Shown: one piece after another, positions 29,101 to 38,413 of the stretch
Numbering within the stretch: position 1 is the stretch's first letter
Layout of the letters: every line of letters starts with the position of its first letter
Origin: a virus
Virus record (IMG/VR): IMGVR_UViG_3300020474_000007
Location: 1-64,000 of that record
Reading direction: 5' to 3' (one strand)
DNA length: 64,000 bases
Position numbers and translations under genes: made by a program
Notes under the pieces: model-generated
What the model was told of the DNA's origin: nothing
Database searches by the model: none
The model's input: only the letters and a program-made list of their open reading frames with translations

Positions 29101-32100
29101 ATTGGTCTAGCCAACCAGATAAAGGTGGTTGGCAGTTGGATAATATCCTAACCCTGCCTTCTGGATTCCAGAGAGATTATTACAAAGTAACAATGAAAGA
29201 CGTTGATCCTACAAGCAACTCTTTTGTTGCTCCTCTTAGAAAGTGGGAGGTTGGACAGTATGGAAGCCAATTTGGACACTCTGTAGATATTGCTATAGAC
29301 GAATCAGACCCAAGCAAAGATGTTATTGTTGTGGGCGCTCCAACTAGTAAATTTGATAGAGTGTTCACAGACCCAGATCCTACACCTGTAAGATCCTGTG
29401 TAATGGTATTTACTGATGAATTCACGGGTTTTGAATCGCGTGGAGGAGTTACCAACGTTGCAGGCTTAGTTCAACAAGTAAATGCAAGAAACCAATATTA
29501 CAATTTGTATGCTAGTCCTCAATTTAAATTAGAAGTTGATATATTAATCTTTGAGTGTACTAAAAATACAAATAGACCATTTAAAATTGATCAAGGCAGA
29601 TTTAGAGAATCACTTAGTGTGGCTCATAGGTTCCAAATAAATAAGATAGTAAGAGGAGATGGAGTCCCTGAATATAATATAATAGCAGATCAAATTAGTC
29701 AAGCTTTCAGAGAAGTTTTTAATTATGATGTATCCAAAACAAATAATGGCTTGCCTGTTTCTTTGGGTTACTTTGTAGATAATAGTGCAAGTTTTGCGGA
29801 GACAGCCATACTCTCTGGCATCAAACCTTTCTTAAATTACTATGAGGAGTATACTTTTGCAAGTGGAGTTCAAACTTGGGATAATATTCCTGCTAGTGGC
29901 GCAATTATAAAAACTCCTTATACTGATCTTGTTGGCGAACAATGGGAAATGTTTGCGATGAGCGGATTAAACGATCTTTTAAGTGACTCAACAATTTCTA
30001 CTAATCGTGAATTATTTACTTCTGGCTATGGAATACTTTATAATGAAGACAATATAAGATTCAATCAAATTCCTCCAAGTGGTGGTAGGGTTTATGTGTT
30101 TAAACAAGAAACAGCAAAATCTGGATTATTCTATAATCAAGATACTCCTATTTGGTCCGTGTCAGATATATTAAAGTTAGATGTTAATGATTTTGAAGAT
30201 GAGGATGAAGATGTAATTAGTGACAAAAAATATGATAGTTTTGGTTACTCTGTTTCTATAAGTAATAATAAAGAAAATATTGCTGTAGGCTCTCCATTTA
30301 ATCGTAGCCGTGGCGTTACTGTGTTTGAACAAAAAGAAGGGTTTAGAGAAACTGAAACTCACAATCAAGTTGCACAATGGCTTGCCACCAAGGATGCTGA
30401 AGCAGTTCAGTTTGGAGACAACGCTTCTGTTTATAAAACTATGTATCAAAAATATCTAGAGTACGCCACTAGTTTTGGTTCTAATGGTGCTGGTGCAAAA
30501 TTATTTGAGACATTAGATCCTAGTGGTAGATTTGATGCCAGAATACATGCTGATTCTTTTGTTGCTGGTAAAAAGACACACGAATATACCAAAGTGTTTG
30601 ATTATCATAATACTTATAATTTCACGGGAAGTAAAACAGAAATTCCAACAGAATTTGCGGCCCATCCAAGAGTTGGTTTTTCTGTCTCTTTAAATGAAGA
30701 TGCAACTATGTTAGCAGTGGGCTGTCCGACTGACAGCATGAATCAGTGGGACGATAGTAACGTTTGGTTTGATAGTAATAAAGAGTGCGATGAAGAAAGA
30801 AATTGGAGAGGTGAGGCTGGGCAAGATGGATATTTATCTACACCTCATGCTAGCGAAAATTATCTTAAAGGCTTTATACCAGCAACTTGGCCTTCTTATG
30901 TAAATGCTGGAGCTGTACAAATATTTCAAACAAGAAAATATTATCCACACGATAAGTTTGTAGAGTATGGGATATATGGCAACAAACATGAATCTTTACT
31001 AGAACCAGAAGCCGTAAAGTCTGGAATAAGATTGCCAGAATATAGCTATGTGTCAGGTATATATGACAATTTGAGTATACCATTTGTCAAGACTCCTTAT
31101 CTTGAAAATACTGAAATTCCAGATGACGCAGGGGTTCTGATGATTGTTTGTCCCGAAGTTGATGCTTCTAGTCCAGCTGTTATACAAAATATTAAAGATT
31201 TCCTTGCAAAAGGCGATAGGAACTTAGTGTTGGTTGGCAATGATCCAGAATTTGAAGCTGAAGGTGCTTATAGAGATTCCAACAGGATCATCAATACCAT
31301 TCTTGAAGAAGTCGGTTCTAGGGTCAGATTACATGCAGCTTCTACTGCAAGTAGAGCTTTAAATGATGACATACCACTCAACGCAGATACCAATGTTATA
31401 GCGGCTAGTGTGCCAATTGGCAGTATAGATACTTATTTGGACGCTGGAAGTATGTTTGCTTCTGGCGTGGCAGACATTAGGTTACACGACCCAACTATCA
31501 GCACTGTAAATCATCCGTGCGATGGCGCTCAGTGGGACGAGTACATTGCTGCTTTAAGACTCATATTGAACCCAAGCGAACAACATCTCGCGGATAATCT
31601 GGCTAGACTAACATACGCAACTGCTAACATAGGGTGTAGCCCTTCAATTGCTCACAATGGGGACTTACGCGCACAGTGGTATGATTGGTGCAAAGATTCC
31701 GCGAACAAAGATATTAGATTCCCTAAAAACATACCATCTGCTTACGGCAAAATACCCGGAATGACTGCTCCATTCTGTAATCCGGGTCTGGGATGTTATG
31801 TAGATCCAGCTGATGACTGTGCGTGGAGAGCCACCAATGTTGATATGCCACCAAGACCAATTCTGGCAGCTGCTGAGACACCGCCTGCGTTCATCGTTAC
31901 CAAGCCGGGAGTTCCAGCCTCAAGCGGACTTGTCCACAGTCACTATGTAGACATTTTGGTTGGTCAAGAAAGCACGACTTTGCTTGGTGCGCCGACTTTA
32001 CCCGTTATGGATTGGTCTTCTGTGCTACCCTCGGCTGACGCTACAGTTACTCAATACAGTGGTAATTATACTGCGCTAGATTTAAATGTAGATAATTCAG

Positions 32101-35100
32101 CTGAACAACAACCATTCTTTAAGCCTCAAGATGTAGGGTCTAAAGGTTATCTTTTACAATCTAGAGCGCTTACTTTTGAAGAACCACTTTATGATCATGA
32201 AAAAATAGAAGATTTTGCACATATATCAGCAGAAGAAGAGTATCCAAACAACACTACATCTTCTATAGTCTTAATTGCTACGTTAGCCTCTGAAGCTAGG
32301 GACAAATTAGAATCAGGAAATGATGAAGCTATTTATTTTTATAGAAATATGTTTTGCAGAAATGATCAAAAATTTACTGATGAAGATATGTATGATGACA
32401 ACCCAAACATATTCGACAACAAAAACTATAGAGTCAATGTTGCTCAATTAGGTGGTTGGACGCAGAGAACTTCATTTGTTGATGGGTATAAAGACTCGTA
32501 CCTTTACACAGAAGACAATTTTACTGACAGCAACGGTGACATTCAAGTTAAGAAAGCTGGCCTAATACATGAAAACAGTAGATTGTATTATGACTCAGCA
32601 ACTCCCGATCAAGGATTTATAGACAGAATAGACTTAAATGTGACTATGGATGAACTACTTAACGGTAAAGATGGTGAACAATATAATAAATACGATGGGC
32701 ATCATTACCAAGTGTGCTGGATTGCAAATACTAAGTCTCTACCAAGCGATGATGATTTAAATAAACTTAAACTATGGTTACAGTCTGGTAATAAAAAGCT
32801 CGTCATAACCTACGGTCACGATAATGATCTTGAGGTAAACAGTTTCGGCACACGACACTTCCCAAGACTCGACGGTGTTGGAACGATAGGTGTAAATAAC
32901 GTAGAAGTTCCTTCTCAAGAAATAGCAGAAAACACTACTAAGTTATGTCAGAAGCTTGGCATAACAATGAAACCCCTCAAAACTAATGCAATAGATTATT
33001 CTGCCCCCAACGAAAGACGAAATGAAAGCCTCTTACCTATAATAGAAAGATATGCTGAATGGGGCAGAGATGTTGCAAAGTTTAATTCTCTCACCCAGAG
33101 GGATGAAGCTTTGCCAGAATTTCCTCCTACTAGCAAGTACGCATTTGTTAGTGACAATAAGAGACTTAAAAGATTTGTATTTACAGACTTCTCTTCTGCT
33201 CCTAATTATGACTTATCTAAACAAGGTCAAAGCAAGACTAATGTAAATAGTCTCTTCATTCCTATTGATCTTAACGGTGGAAAACCAATAGCCAGAATTA
33301 TCTCTACTAATCATAACAGAAGATATTTACATTATAATCAAATTAGAAATACTAAATACAAAACAAATTTATCTTATTTTAATAATTCTGGTTTTACCAA
33401 GGTTAGCTTTGCTACTCCTGCATATCAAACCTCTGGTTATTATTTAGATCTTAAATTTGAATCATTTTCAAACGAAAGCTTAAAATACGAAATAGGCGTG
33501 ACCAATGCGGTTCATCAAGATCCTATAAAGGGTGGCCCCGGCGAATCAAGAAAACATACTCTTACACTATACAATGATAATAGGCAACAAGTTGGACAAA
33601 TTGAATACAATGGATTAAGAACTCATGCTAGTGGTCCAAACAAAACCCTTGGTCCTTTTTATGCTACTAGTTCTGGTATAGACATTTATTTTGGTGTTAA
33701 CGAACGAAAATTGACAAATTTAGGGGATACTGATGCTCTCCCACTGTCAATGCGACTTGTTCACGTTTCGGGATACGCTGTCCCTACTTATGTAAACACA
33801 ACCCCTGTTACCGTGCCATCCTCCGTGCAAGTCATGGAAGTGCGTCCCGCAGTTCCTCCCATAGATATAAACTATGCACCAGAATATAGACAAATTAGCT
33901 CTATTCACGAAATTTATTGCGATTCAGCCACATGCTCTAGCGAGTTTGATAAACCATTTAATTCTAGAGGCGGTCCTGTAACTGTAAACGACCCTACCCA
34001 TGATCACTTATCTGGTCAGAATATATATGCTGTAGATGGACCTGTTATAGCATCTCAAGAAATAGAAACTTTTAGTCCTTTTATAGCTGGAGTTAACAGG
34101 TCTAGAATAACTGTTATCAGTGATCCAAGTATATTCCAAGGTCCAACAGTTTTAACAGATCAACAAACTATTAGAGAAGAGTTAGTTGAATTTATTCAAA
34201 GTCTATATCCCAACACTGTGTTCCCCGTGCAAACAAAGGGGAAACAATTTATTAATAGGACCAAGCTCGTAGCTCCCGAACGTGGAAGTCCTGCTAAATG
34301 GTATGGCGCTCACGGCGGGTCTGGATTGATTATGAGGTTCTTACCAAGTGGAACCACCAGCGTAACTAGATCTAACATGAGTGCATTTACTGGTCATGAG
34401 TCAAGTTATGATCCTACTTATGTACATCGCCCTAAATATTCTTTTGAATGCGAAGATGCTCCACCAGTAAAAGACAGAGAAAAAGCAATGCGTCTACAAA
34501 AACGAGCATTCCTTTCTAGCGCCATTGCTCTTGGAATATTGCCACAATTTAGTGGAGAGTATAAAGGCAAAGTATATGCTGATAATTGCTCCATGTATGC
34601 GGAAACTACTAAGGACTTCTTGGATCTTGAAGAGTTTCCATCTGGGTATCCCGGTGACTTATTTGGGTACACAGTCAAGGCGCTTGGAGATAAAGTTTAT
34701 GTTGGATGTCCATTTGGAGCTTATTCTCAGGAGGATAAAATTGTAAGTTGGTCTGGAATTGCTGGTACTCCAAGTCAAACAATTCCGTCTGGAGTTGCTG
34801 TAAGTAATTATGGTGGGGCGGGTGCTGTCTATTCATTTGAAAGAAATCTGAAGGGGAAAAGCCCCATAAGAAACAAAGACTTTGCTTGGGAAATGGTTCG
34901 TAAATTCAGACCCAACTCAATTAATCCGGGCTTAGATTTGTCTAATACTCTGGAAGCTCAGTCAAGCCATATCTTGGGTACGCATACCTACACTCAAACT
35001 TACCTAGAAAATAATAGCCAGTTTACCGATAAGTTTGGAATGGCTCTTGATTCTATGTCTGGTGTTCTTGTTATTGGTGCGCCGGGACATGACTTCCAAA

Positions 35101-36122
35101 ATTTTGTTGAGTTAGACCCAAGAACTGGACTGTTTATCAATAAAGCTTTTGGACATTCCTTTGACATACGAACAAGAACTGTGCATGACTTAGGCACTTC
35201 TGGTAATAGACATTTATATCCAAACAGCGGATTGGCAATACTAAATAATGGAGCAGCCTACTTATACAGTGAAGAATTTGATTTTTCTAAGAAACAAAAT
35301 GGGTGGAAGTTTGTTGAGAAAATTTCCCCACAGGGGTACGGATCTCATGAACAATATCGTATAATTCCTCCGGGGTATCCAACTGAAGTTGCTGATTCTG
35401 GATCAGAGAATTCTAATTTTGGCAACGCTGTTTCTGTTGTTAGAAGACAAAGAACAGATGCCGACTACACCATAGCCATTGGAAGCAAGGGACACCCCTT
35501 CTCTGGCGTTGGTGGTCACAGCTTGAATCATGGGGCAGCGTATACTTATGATTTAATGTTAAGAAACAATGCGGCTGTAACTCAAAATTCAAGCACCAAT
35601 ATTAAGGCTAGACTATTCTCTCAGACAAGCGGAGAGCAGCCTGACTACCCAATAGTAAATATGAATATTACTAATAATAATCAAAATTACAAAGAGTATT
35701 ATGCTACTGGTATAATTAATAGCAATTCTTTTGGAGAAATATTCTTAGAGGTTTCTGGAGACGATCCTTCGCAATATGGATTCCCGGCACACAGACCATA
35801 TATAGAATCCGTCAATGGCAAAATGCTTGTTGGCACGAATATATGGAATGGAGCCTTAATGTTTGTTGAGGGTCAACCCAACTTAACCTCGGGTGTATTA
35901 AACCTTTCTACTATAGTGCCTAGTTCTGAATTCGTGTATAATGATATAGGATTGTATTCTTTTGGTGTAGGTGGCCTTGTAAACGTTGGTGATTCGGGCT
36001 TATCTCTGTACAATCAATCTGAGACTCCAATAACCCTTGCGGAGTCTGGACTAACATTTTTTACGAGTGGTGTAAGGACTGACGCTGAGACGTTAAACTT
36101 CCGTATCAGAGGATATAAATAA
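23109..36122 (+). CDS. Giant (4337 aa) virion adhesin-like protein
   Basis: N-terminal cupredoxin-like domain (HPF...CDVHGSSM), Thr-rich linker, LamG-like segment, MNLY-type beta repeats, seven FG-GAP-like motifs; directly after the tape measure. Confidence 0.7.
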   Translation: MATFNITVLSTSSTSNGYRFSGVDRNGAISGTNNETINVNANDAINFTFYNSSSHPFSLAGTSISGKSATGGYYSYPSYASHTFTTGGTYIYDCDVHGSSMQGNIVVAAGTTTTTTTTTSTTTTTTTTAAPTTTTTTTTTTTAAPTTTTTTTTAAPTTTTTTTAAPTTTTTTAAPTTTSTTTTAAPTTTAAPTTTAAPTTTAAPFDDGTYNITSTFPDMNMLPSPSVPASATYATTTTTAAPSDQCTLCTKEHTLELSGDSALKASVFGMRTLRLKIKGTSAIKINPQVSVIRNTPVVLKSNGKIRASANSIMNPRKFIKVNNGNIKANLEFAGPLSVRTKIKLGSIFSNTHVDKVVGHFATLGSFLPQQKLYPSGDISSSSMINQDGSTANLYQSIDEGVAIGQYIKPDSQSSLVSDDSGTFIHPSAIRSDGSFSYKCAVSPAIINTDHSFLFMRAAAPLRNYGSDNAPQYTLQNIKLEDPSGNLIVHYKDVVVRGDADYDSDGPLSKNYFTIISEPAINYGGLGAWEKNYPFFGAHHVRGSNSFSLSLDITAKCLDDPFSQGFDIGYEENVCDIPELSVINDEDDFQSIAGSPISTQGQDIFLNPTDSFRISAIEICNSGGPRSDLALAPAHDNYVTAFVQAQAKGKLITKHIFPSQVLTHNFDTSIWPDVNSTWYHSGEAGVLTNNNVLVSSGKLLAEQISDRQASTHIKLINSSIQDSGKLLLKFEDTKQLFTTFTSDNDVAGGDFNANFNIRQRKTLPLQDTFYADIESINIKVVARKRTNSSPDYALDVVGYSDDKLLFVTEPSGGFLQNIAGGTIINQNVMSSSIVPPQELAIAKHAISDKDNSTVYSNSIANSGGDHHVLTQSPLINSIDFKQYTIPLKIYDKENLLGAPTKHDSSPYLEHLFVDIYPIPSGAEIADILLEVKYSPQNALNLRTIGTHNSDDPLVTTTVSLSPNGKVTNISSAKSLPSGENIPYAYDLTAYDNKHVYDNFARRWRGVSGKDVNEAFDASFDFSFDRRATAHPFNSGYFDFTKYRSDCVLDSEGRSFSGVFTGVTTSDIYKQLGWRFSNDLIYTGLLDPDGNAIDRRTINWSWSNSTFPNLTDAFDSAARLNDSSKYISFDSTSSNEFSFLVRFSPDYISSSDVASNLDMFHHGLIAAKYAVNDIGDKIVEFALAYEQDKLCAFSRDTTGNIIRIEDDLPYTSYVFPLTAMVTYNASDNKLRLYADSEASGTFNILRAESSAFTKVNTDQKVTLGYSAGSGLGSEVFITEFGMSSKCIDLVGSGYVEQRTSQSVGSSVDHKLTAGGVTDIFDSIRNPNHVSSRNKMYSYIDDKINNVWKLNDFRHCQFNQSFNRLSYRGDKDFVEHHLVHDGLPYSSRTNLSLPSTLQASGLAYHTQIENDFLRFNIGNASSVPSSGKFYAAAPRITKSLPRGYHFAEEAIAVDTVIDFHSDNTIAWDDGKLGPKLVVSLYSPSLIPDYDGADKSLGLVNRRIHYLEPSGCIRKITSGFNKNDLFDSSESWSVFNTEYEHVIKEFDHRHYATNINDMFLQYDVIYPSGSSFDSKVKIHSAMIRMDQALTTKPKVNDDMNLYTSGEFISIVDLSLFVDGKKSLDNLFGAPSGMSLYVSGVAVFPSSGDMNLYCSGIPTAIDEVNLYTAGHRSVSSDLVHGSDMFGSHNVGVNIYVSGQTRLLEEMSLFSYNNQTVPAASGSLNLVFPSPTLVAYNQNTSVNLFVKSPKFAEVSRILNVSMPLYSYDRDLFDFSSSMNLVNYNEPIINSSNDSVNLFTINYAAYDSNLVGQETILWNGRNVGSTVVSLDEPYISVSPTDSLRTQSTICYGDCGYGGNCNYVDINTHGVDWFKSYCTDGGIARGLDIDSNNQYYGIRKYTGLIPLYPYTISMRGFSGSTEYINLPKEIETVEYGSNSEVNFSGIKLFTNDPYGLHAKYGKSIVVKGNRLLIGAPEYDLYEGSKKLDKSGAVFLYKRLAAPSGTDWSSQPDKGGWQLDNILTLPSGFQRDYYKVTMKDVDPTSNSFVAPLRKWEVGQYGSQFGHSVDIAIDESDPSKDVIVVGAPTSKFDRVFTDPDPTPVRSCVMVFTDEFTGFESRGGVTNVAGLVQQVNARNQYYNLYASPQFKLEVDILIFECTKNTNRPFKIDQGRFRESLSVAHRFQINKIVRGDGVPEYNIIADQISQAFREVFNYDVSKTNNGLPVSLGYFVDNSASFAETAILSGIKPFLNYYEEYTFASGVQTWDNIPASGAIIKTPYTDLVGEQWEMFAMSGLNDLLSDSTISTNRELFTSGYGILYNEDNIRFNQIPPSGGRVYVFKQETAKSGLFYNQDTPIWSVSDILKLDVNDFEDEDEDVISDKKYDSFGYSVSISNNKENIAVGSPFNRSRGVTVFEQKEGFRETETHNQVAQWLATKDAEAVQFGDNASVYKTMYQKYLEYATSFGSNGAGAKLFETLDPSGRFDARIHADSFVAGKKTHEYTKVFDYHNTYNFTGSKTEIPTEFAAHPRVGFSVSLNEDATMLAVGCPTDSMNQWDDSNVWFDSNKECDEERNWRGEAGQDGYLSTPHASENYLKGFIPATWPSYVNAGAVQIFQTRKYYPHDKFVEYGIYGNKHESLLEPEAVKSGIRLPEYSYVSGIYDNLSIPFVKTPYLENTEIPDDAGVLMIVCPEVDASSPAVIQNIKDFLAKGDRNLVLVGNDPEFEAEGAYRDSNRIINTILEEVGSRVRLHAASTASRALNDDIPLNADTNVIAASVPIGSIDTYLDAGSMFASGVADIRLHDPTISTVNHPCDGAQWDEYIAALRLILNPSEQHLADNLARLTYATANIGCSPSIAHNGDLRAQWYDWCKDSANKDIRFPKNIPSAYGKIPGMTAPFCNPGLGCYVDPADDCAWRATNVDMPPRPILAAAETPPAFIVTKPGVPASSGLVHSHYVDILVGQESTTLLGAPTLPVMDWSSVLPSADATVTQYSGNYTALDLNVDNSAEQQPFFKPQDVGSKGYLLQSRALTFEEPLYDHEKIEDFAHISAEEEYPNNTTSSIVLIATLASEARDKLESGNDEAIYFYRNMFCRNDQKFTDEDMYDDNPNIFDNKNYRVNVAQLGGWTQRTSFVDGYKDSYLYTEDNFTDSNGDIQVKKAGLIHENSRLYYDSATPDQGFIDRIDLNVTMDELLNGKDGEQYNKYDGHHYQVCWIANTKSLPSDDDLNKLKLWLQSGNKKLVITYGHDNDLEVNSFGTRHFPRLDGVGTIGVNNVEVPSQEIAENTTKLCQKLGITMKPLKTNAIDYSAPNERRNESLLPIIERYAEWGRDVAKFNSLTQRDEALPEFPPTSKYAFVSDNKRLKRFVFTDFSSAPNYDLSKQGQSKTNVNSLFIPIDLNGGKPIARIISTNHNRRYLHYNQIRNTKYKTNLSYFNNSGFTKVSFATPAYQTSGYYLDLKFESFSNESLKYEIGVTNAVHQDPIKGGPGESRKHTLTLYNDNRQQVGQIEYNGLRTHASGPNKTLGPFYATSSGIDIYFGVNERKLTNLGDTDALPLSMRLVHVSGYAVPTYVNTTPVTVPSSVQVMEVRPAVPPIDINYAPEYRQISSIHEIYCDSATCSSEFDKPFNSRGGPVTVNDPTHDHLSGQNIYAVDGPVIASQEIETFSPFIAGVNRSRITVISDPSIFQGPTVLTDQQTIREELVEFIQSLYPNTVFPVQTKGKQFINRTKLVAPERGSPAKWYGAHGGSGLIMRFLPSGTTSVTRSNMSAFTGHESSYDPTYVHRPKYSFECEDAPPVKDREKAMRLQKRAFLSSAIALGILPQFSGEYKGKVYADNCSMYAETTKDFLDLEEFPSGYPGDLFGYTVKALGDKVYVGCPFGAYSQEDKIVSWSGIAGTPSQTIPSGVAVSNYGGAGAVYSFERNLKGKSPIRNKDFAWEMVRKFRPNSINPGLDLSNTLEAQSSHILGTHTYTQTYLENNSQFTDKFGMALDSMSGVLVIGAPGHDFQNFVELDPRTGLFINKAFGHSFDIRTRTVHDLGTSGNRHLYPNSGLAILNNGAAYLYSEEFDFSKKQNGWKFVEKISPQGYGSHEQYRIIPPGYPTEVADSGSENSNFGNAVSVVRRQRTDADYTIAIGSKGHPFSGVGGHSLNHGAAYTYDLMLRNNAAVTQNSSTNIKARLFSQTSGEQPDYPIVNMNITNNNQNYKEYYATGIINSNSFGEIFLEVSGDDPSQYGFPAHRPYIESVNGKMLVGTNIWNGALMFVEGQPNLTSGVLNLSTIVPSSEFVYNDIGLYSFGVGGLVNVGDSGLSLYNQSETPITLAESGLTFFTSGVRTDAETLNFRIRGYK
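23439..23720 (+). repeat. Thr-rich (T)nAAP coding repeat, including 3 perfect 18-nt tandem copies
   Basis: ACN-codon runs; ACCACGACCGCTGCGCCA x3 at 23649-23702. Confidence 0.95.
35934..35949 (+). promoter_or_regulatory. GTGTATA-N6-TAG motif (copy 4, in the 3' end of the giant gene)
   Basis: GTGTATAATGATATAG, about 175 nt upstream of ATG 36123. Confidence 0.5.
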
Positions 36123-37856
36123 ATGATTAATATATATTCACCCACAGTGAAGAATGGGACTCAACCCGTTGTTATTAGACCAACCCCATTTGTGTCTATA
36201 GGTTCAACCCCCATACGTAATAGCATTGGAACTCTGGGTTCAACTTATAATATTACTTTAACTGGCACTATACTTCCGGGTCAAGGCTCACCTTTTATAG
36301 ACGGAACATTTCACGACACCGCCTCTAGTAGACCGGCTGATGAAGTTAATGTGTCTGGAGAATTACACCAACAGGTTTTTCGCAAACAAAACGCATTACG
36401 AGAATTATTTGCAACTGATGGCGTTAAGATAGAAATTGTGAATCTAGAAGGCAGTGATGCTCCTAACGTAGTTTTCTACGCAAAGATGCAGTCTATTAAC
36501 TTTGAGCCGGGAACATACATTGATTTATGTAGATATACTATAAATTTAACAACCAATTATATTCAAGATATAGACGGCGATGGTGTCATATGGGCAGACG
36601 GGAGAATGCTCAACATAGAAGAAGATGAAAATAAAACTGGCGCAGATAGATTTTATGATACAACTGCTTATACTCCTGACGCACTGAGGGCAAAGTTCGG
36701 GGGTTTTGTTTCTAATTTTACTGAAAACTGGTCTTTAGAAGTTGACGAATCGTTAGGTGAGACCAGTGGTGTTCACGGTATTACTCCAAGGGCTTATATA
36801 GTAACAAGGAACACAAGCGCTACTGGTAGAACCGATTTTAGATTTGACTCTGGAACTGACTCAGAAAAACACGAAGCGTGGGATGAGGCTAAAAGATTTT
36901 TAAGCACAAGTGTTTTAACCGATTTGCCGACAAAGTACCCCGGATATGCTGGCAGCACTGGTCAGGGTACTGGCGGGTTTGGAGCTATGACGCTCGGGCT
37001 AGTATCTCAGTTTAACGGGTGCAATCATTCAAGAACGGAAAATATTGATAAAACAGCAGGCGTTGTTAGTATTACTGACAGATGGTTAATGTGTAGAGAC
37101 ATTGCTTTTGAAAGTTATGATGCGTCAATTAGTTCGGAAACTACTGGTCCTTTTGTTTCTGTTAATATTAATGGAACTATTGCAGGCGTTAGCACCAAGC
37201 CTGCTGGTGCAGTAAGATATGGTGGTCAAACTAGTTCTTCTACTGCCAACAAGGTAGAGAACGCTTTAGCCAAATGGAACCTTGTTAGCGGTAGTGGTAC
37301 TTATGATATGAGTTCTCATATATTTAAACGGGCAAATGCATTAGTTGCGCCCCACTTAAACCCACAGCCATTATCTGTGTCTCTAAGTAGAAATGATTTT
37401 ACAGGAGAATTAAGCTATGCAATTACTTATGATAATAGACCTTTGAATATTGTAACTGAAGCTATGTCAGAGACCATATCTATTAATGATACATATCCCG
37501 GCGATTTATATGCTATGATCCCCGTTATAGGCAGGGTTACTGGGCCAGTTTTACAGTATATAGGAGGTAGGACAGAATACCAAAGAAATGTTTCGTTAGA
37601 ATTAATTTTTGATTATACAGATATAGATTATTCTGTTACAAGTACCAATGATGCAAAAAGAACATCTTTGTTACTTTCCAAGCCATCAGTACAAGAACCC
37701 GCTAGAACTCAGATAGCAAATTTATTAAAATCCGTAAGCCCTTTAAAAGAGCCGGGAATCAGGAAATGTTTCTTACAAGCGCCTCAAGAAAGTTGGTCTC
37801 CAAGAGATGGTCGATACAGTTTAAATGTTTCATGGGTATATGAATTGGATCAATAA
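36123..37856 (+). CDS. Putative tail tip/baseplate structural protein
   Basis: 577 aa, beta-rich, with repeated 'ITL.GTI'/'VNINGTI' and 'E.WS' strands reminiscent of tube/Dit-like folds; synteny. Confidence 0.45.
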   Translation: MINIYSPTVKNGTQPVVIRPTPFVSIGSTPIRNSIGTLGSTYNITLTGTILPGQGSPFIDGTFHDTASSRPADEVNVSGELHQQVFRKQNALRELFATDGVKIEIVNLEGSDAPNVVFYAKMQSINFEPGTYIDLCRYTINLTTNYIQDIDGDGVIWADGRMLNIEEDENKTGADRFYDTTAYTPDALRAKFGGFVSNFTENWSLEVDESLGETSGVHGITPRAYIVTRNTSATGRTDFRFDSGTDSEKHEAWDEAKRFLSTSVLTDLPTKYPGYAGSTGQGTGGFGAMTLGLVSQFNGCNHSRTENIDKTAGVVSITDRWLMCRDIAFESYDASISSETTGPFVSVNINGTIAGVSTKPAGAVRYGGQTSSSTANKVENALAKWNLVSGSGTYDMSSHIFKRANALVAPHLNPQPLSVSLSRNDFTGELSYAITYDNRPLNIVTEAMSETISINDTYPGDLYAMIPVIGRVTGPVLQYIGGRTEYQRNVSLELIFDYTDIDYSVTSTNDAKRTSLLLSKPSVQEPARTQIANLLKSVSPLKEPGIRKCFLQAPQESWSPRDGRYSLNVSWVYELDQ

Positions 37857-37858
37857 TC

Positions 37859-38413
37859 ATGTATGATCGTGTTAATAAAAATTTAACTACTACATCAGCC
37901 CCGTCTTTTGACAGGTCTGCCTTTCCTATTGTAGACTCTGGTGGTTTTTTACACGTAAACAAACAAGCTCCTATCACTGAGGGAACTTCTTTATTTCCTC
38001 CCACTTCTGGGGCCATGTGGCCTTCTGGTGAGGCCAATTTTCAAACATTTGATGAAAGTAAGACTCCTCTTGCGTATCCTGCATCCCTTAGCGGTTTAAT
38101 GTCTTCAGGAACTTTAGTAAATGCTCCTAGTGGTAATTTATTACTAAATAGCGGAATTAGAGATGGGTTGAGCAATGCTGCGGCTACAAAAGTTGAAGCT
38201 GATAAAAGAAATATTGTAGATGTTTTTAATCCGTATATTCACTATATTGCAAAAGATGGAGCTAGTGCTACTCAAGGTGCTATTGGTAGATCATCCCCTA
38301 CGTCGCTTCCTTTTTATGTAAGGTATAATGACAAGTATGAATCTCCACGTTTATTATTTGATAAATATAAAAACATATATGTAGAGCTAGATGCTAGCGG
38401 GGTGCAGTCATGA
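37859..38413 (+). CDS. Ser-Gly-rich hypothetical structural protein
   Basis: 184 aa, 8 SG dipeptides; coupled to its neighbours. Confidence 0.6.
   Translation: MYDRVNKNLTTTSAPSFDRSAFPIVDSGGFLHVNKQAPITEGTSLFPPTSGAMWPSGEANFQTFDESKTPLAYPASLSGLMSSGTLVNAPSGNLLLNSGIRDGLSNAAATKVEADKRNIVDVFNPYIHYIAKDGASATQGAIGRSSPTSLPFYVRYNDKYESPRLLFDKYKNIYVELDASGVQS

Noticed and set aside
36114-36122. T4-type TATAAATA late promoter as the general explanation
   Set aside because: This copy abuts the start codon, the octamer occurs by chance in AT-rich genes, and only two of the five motif copies contain it.
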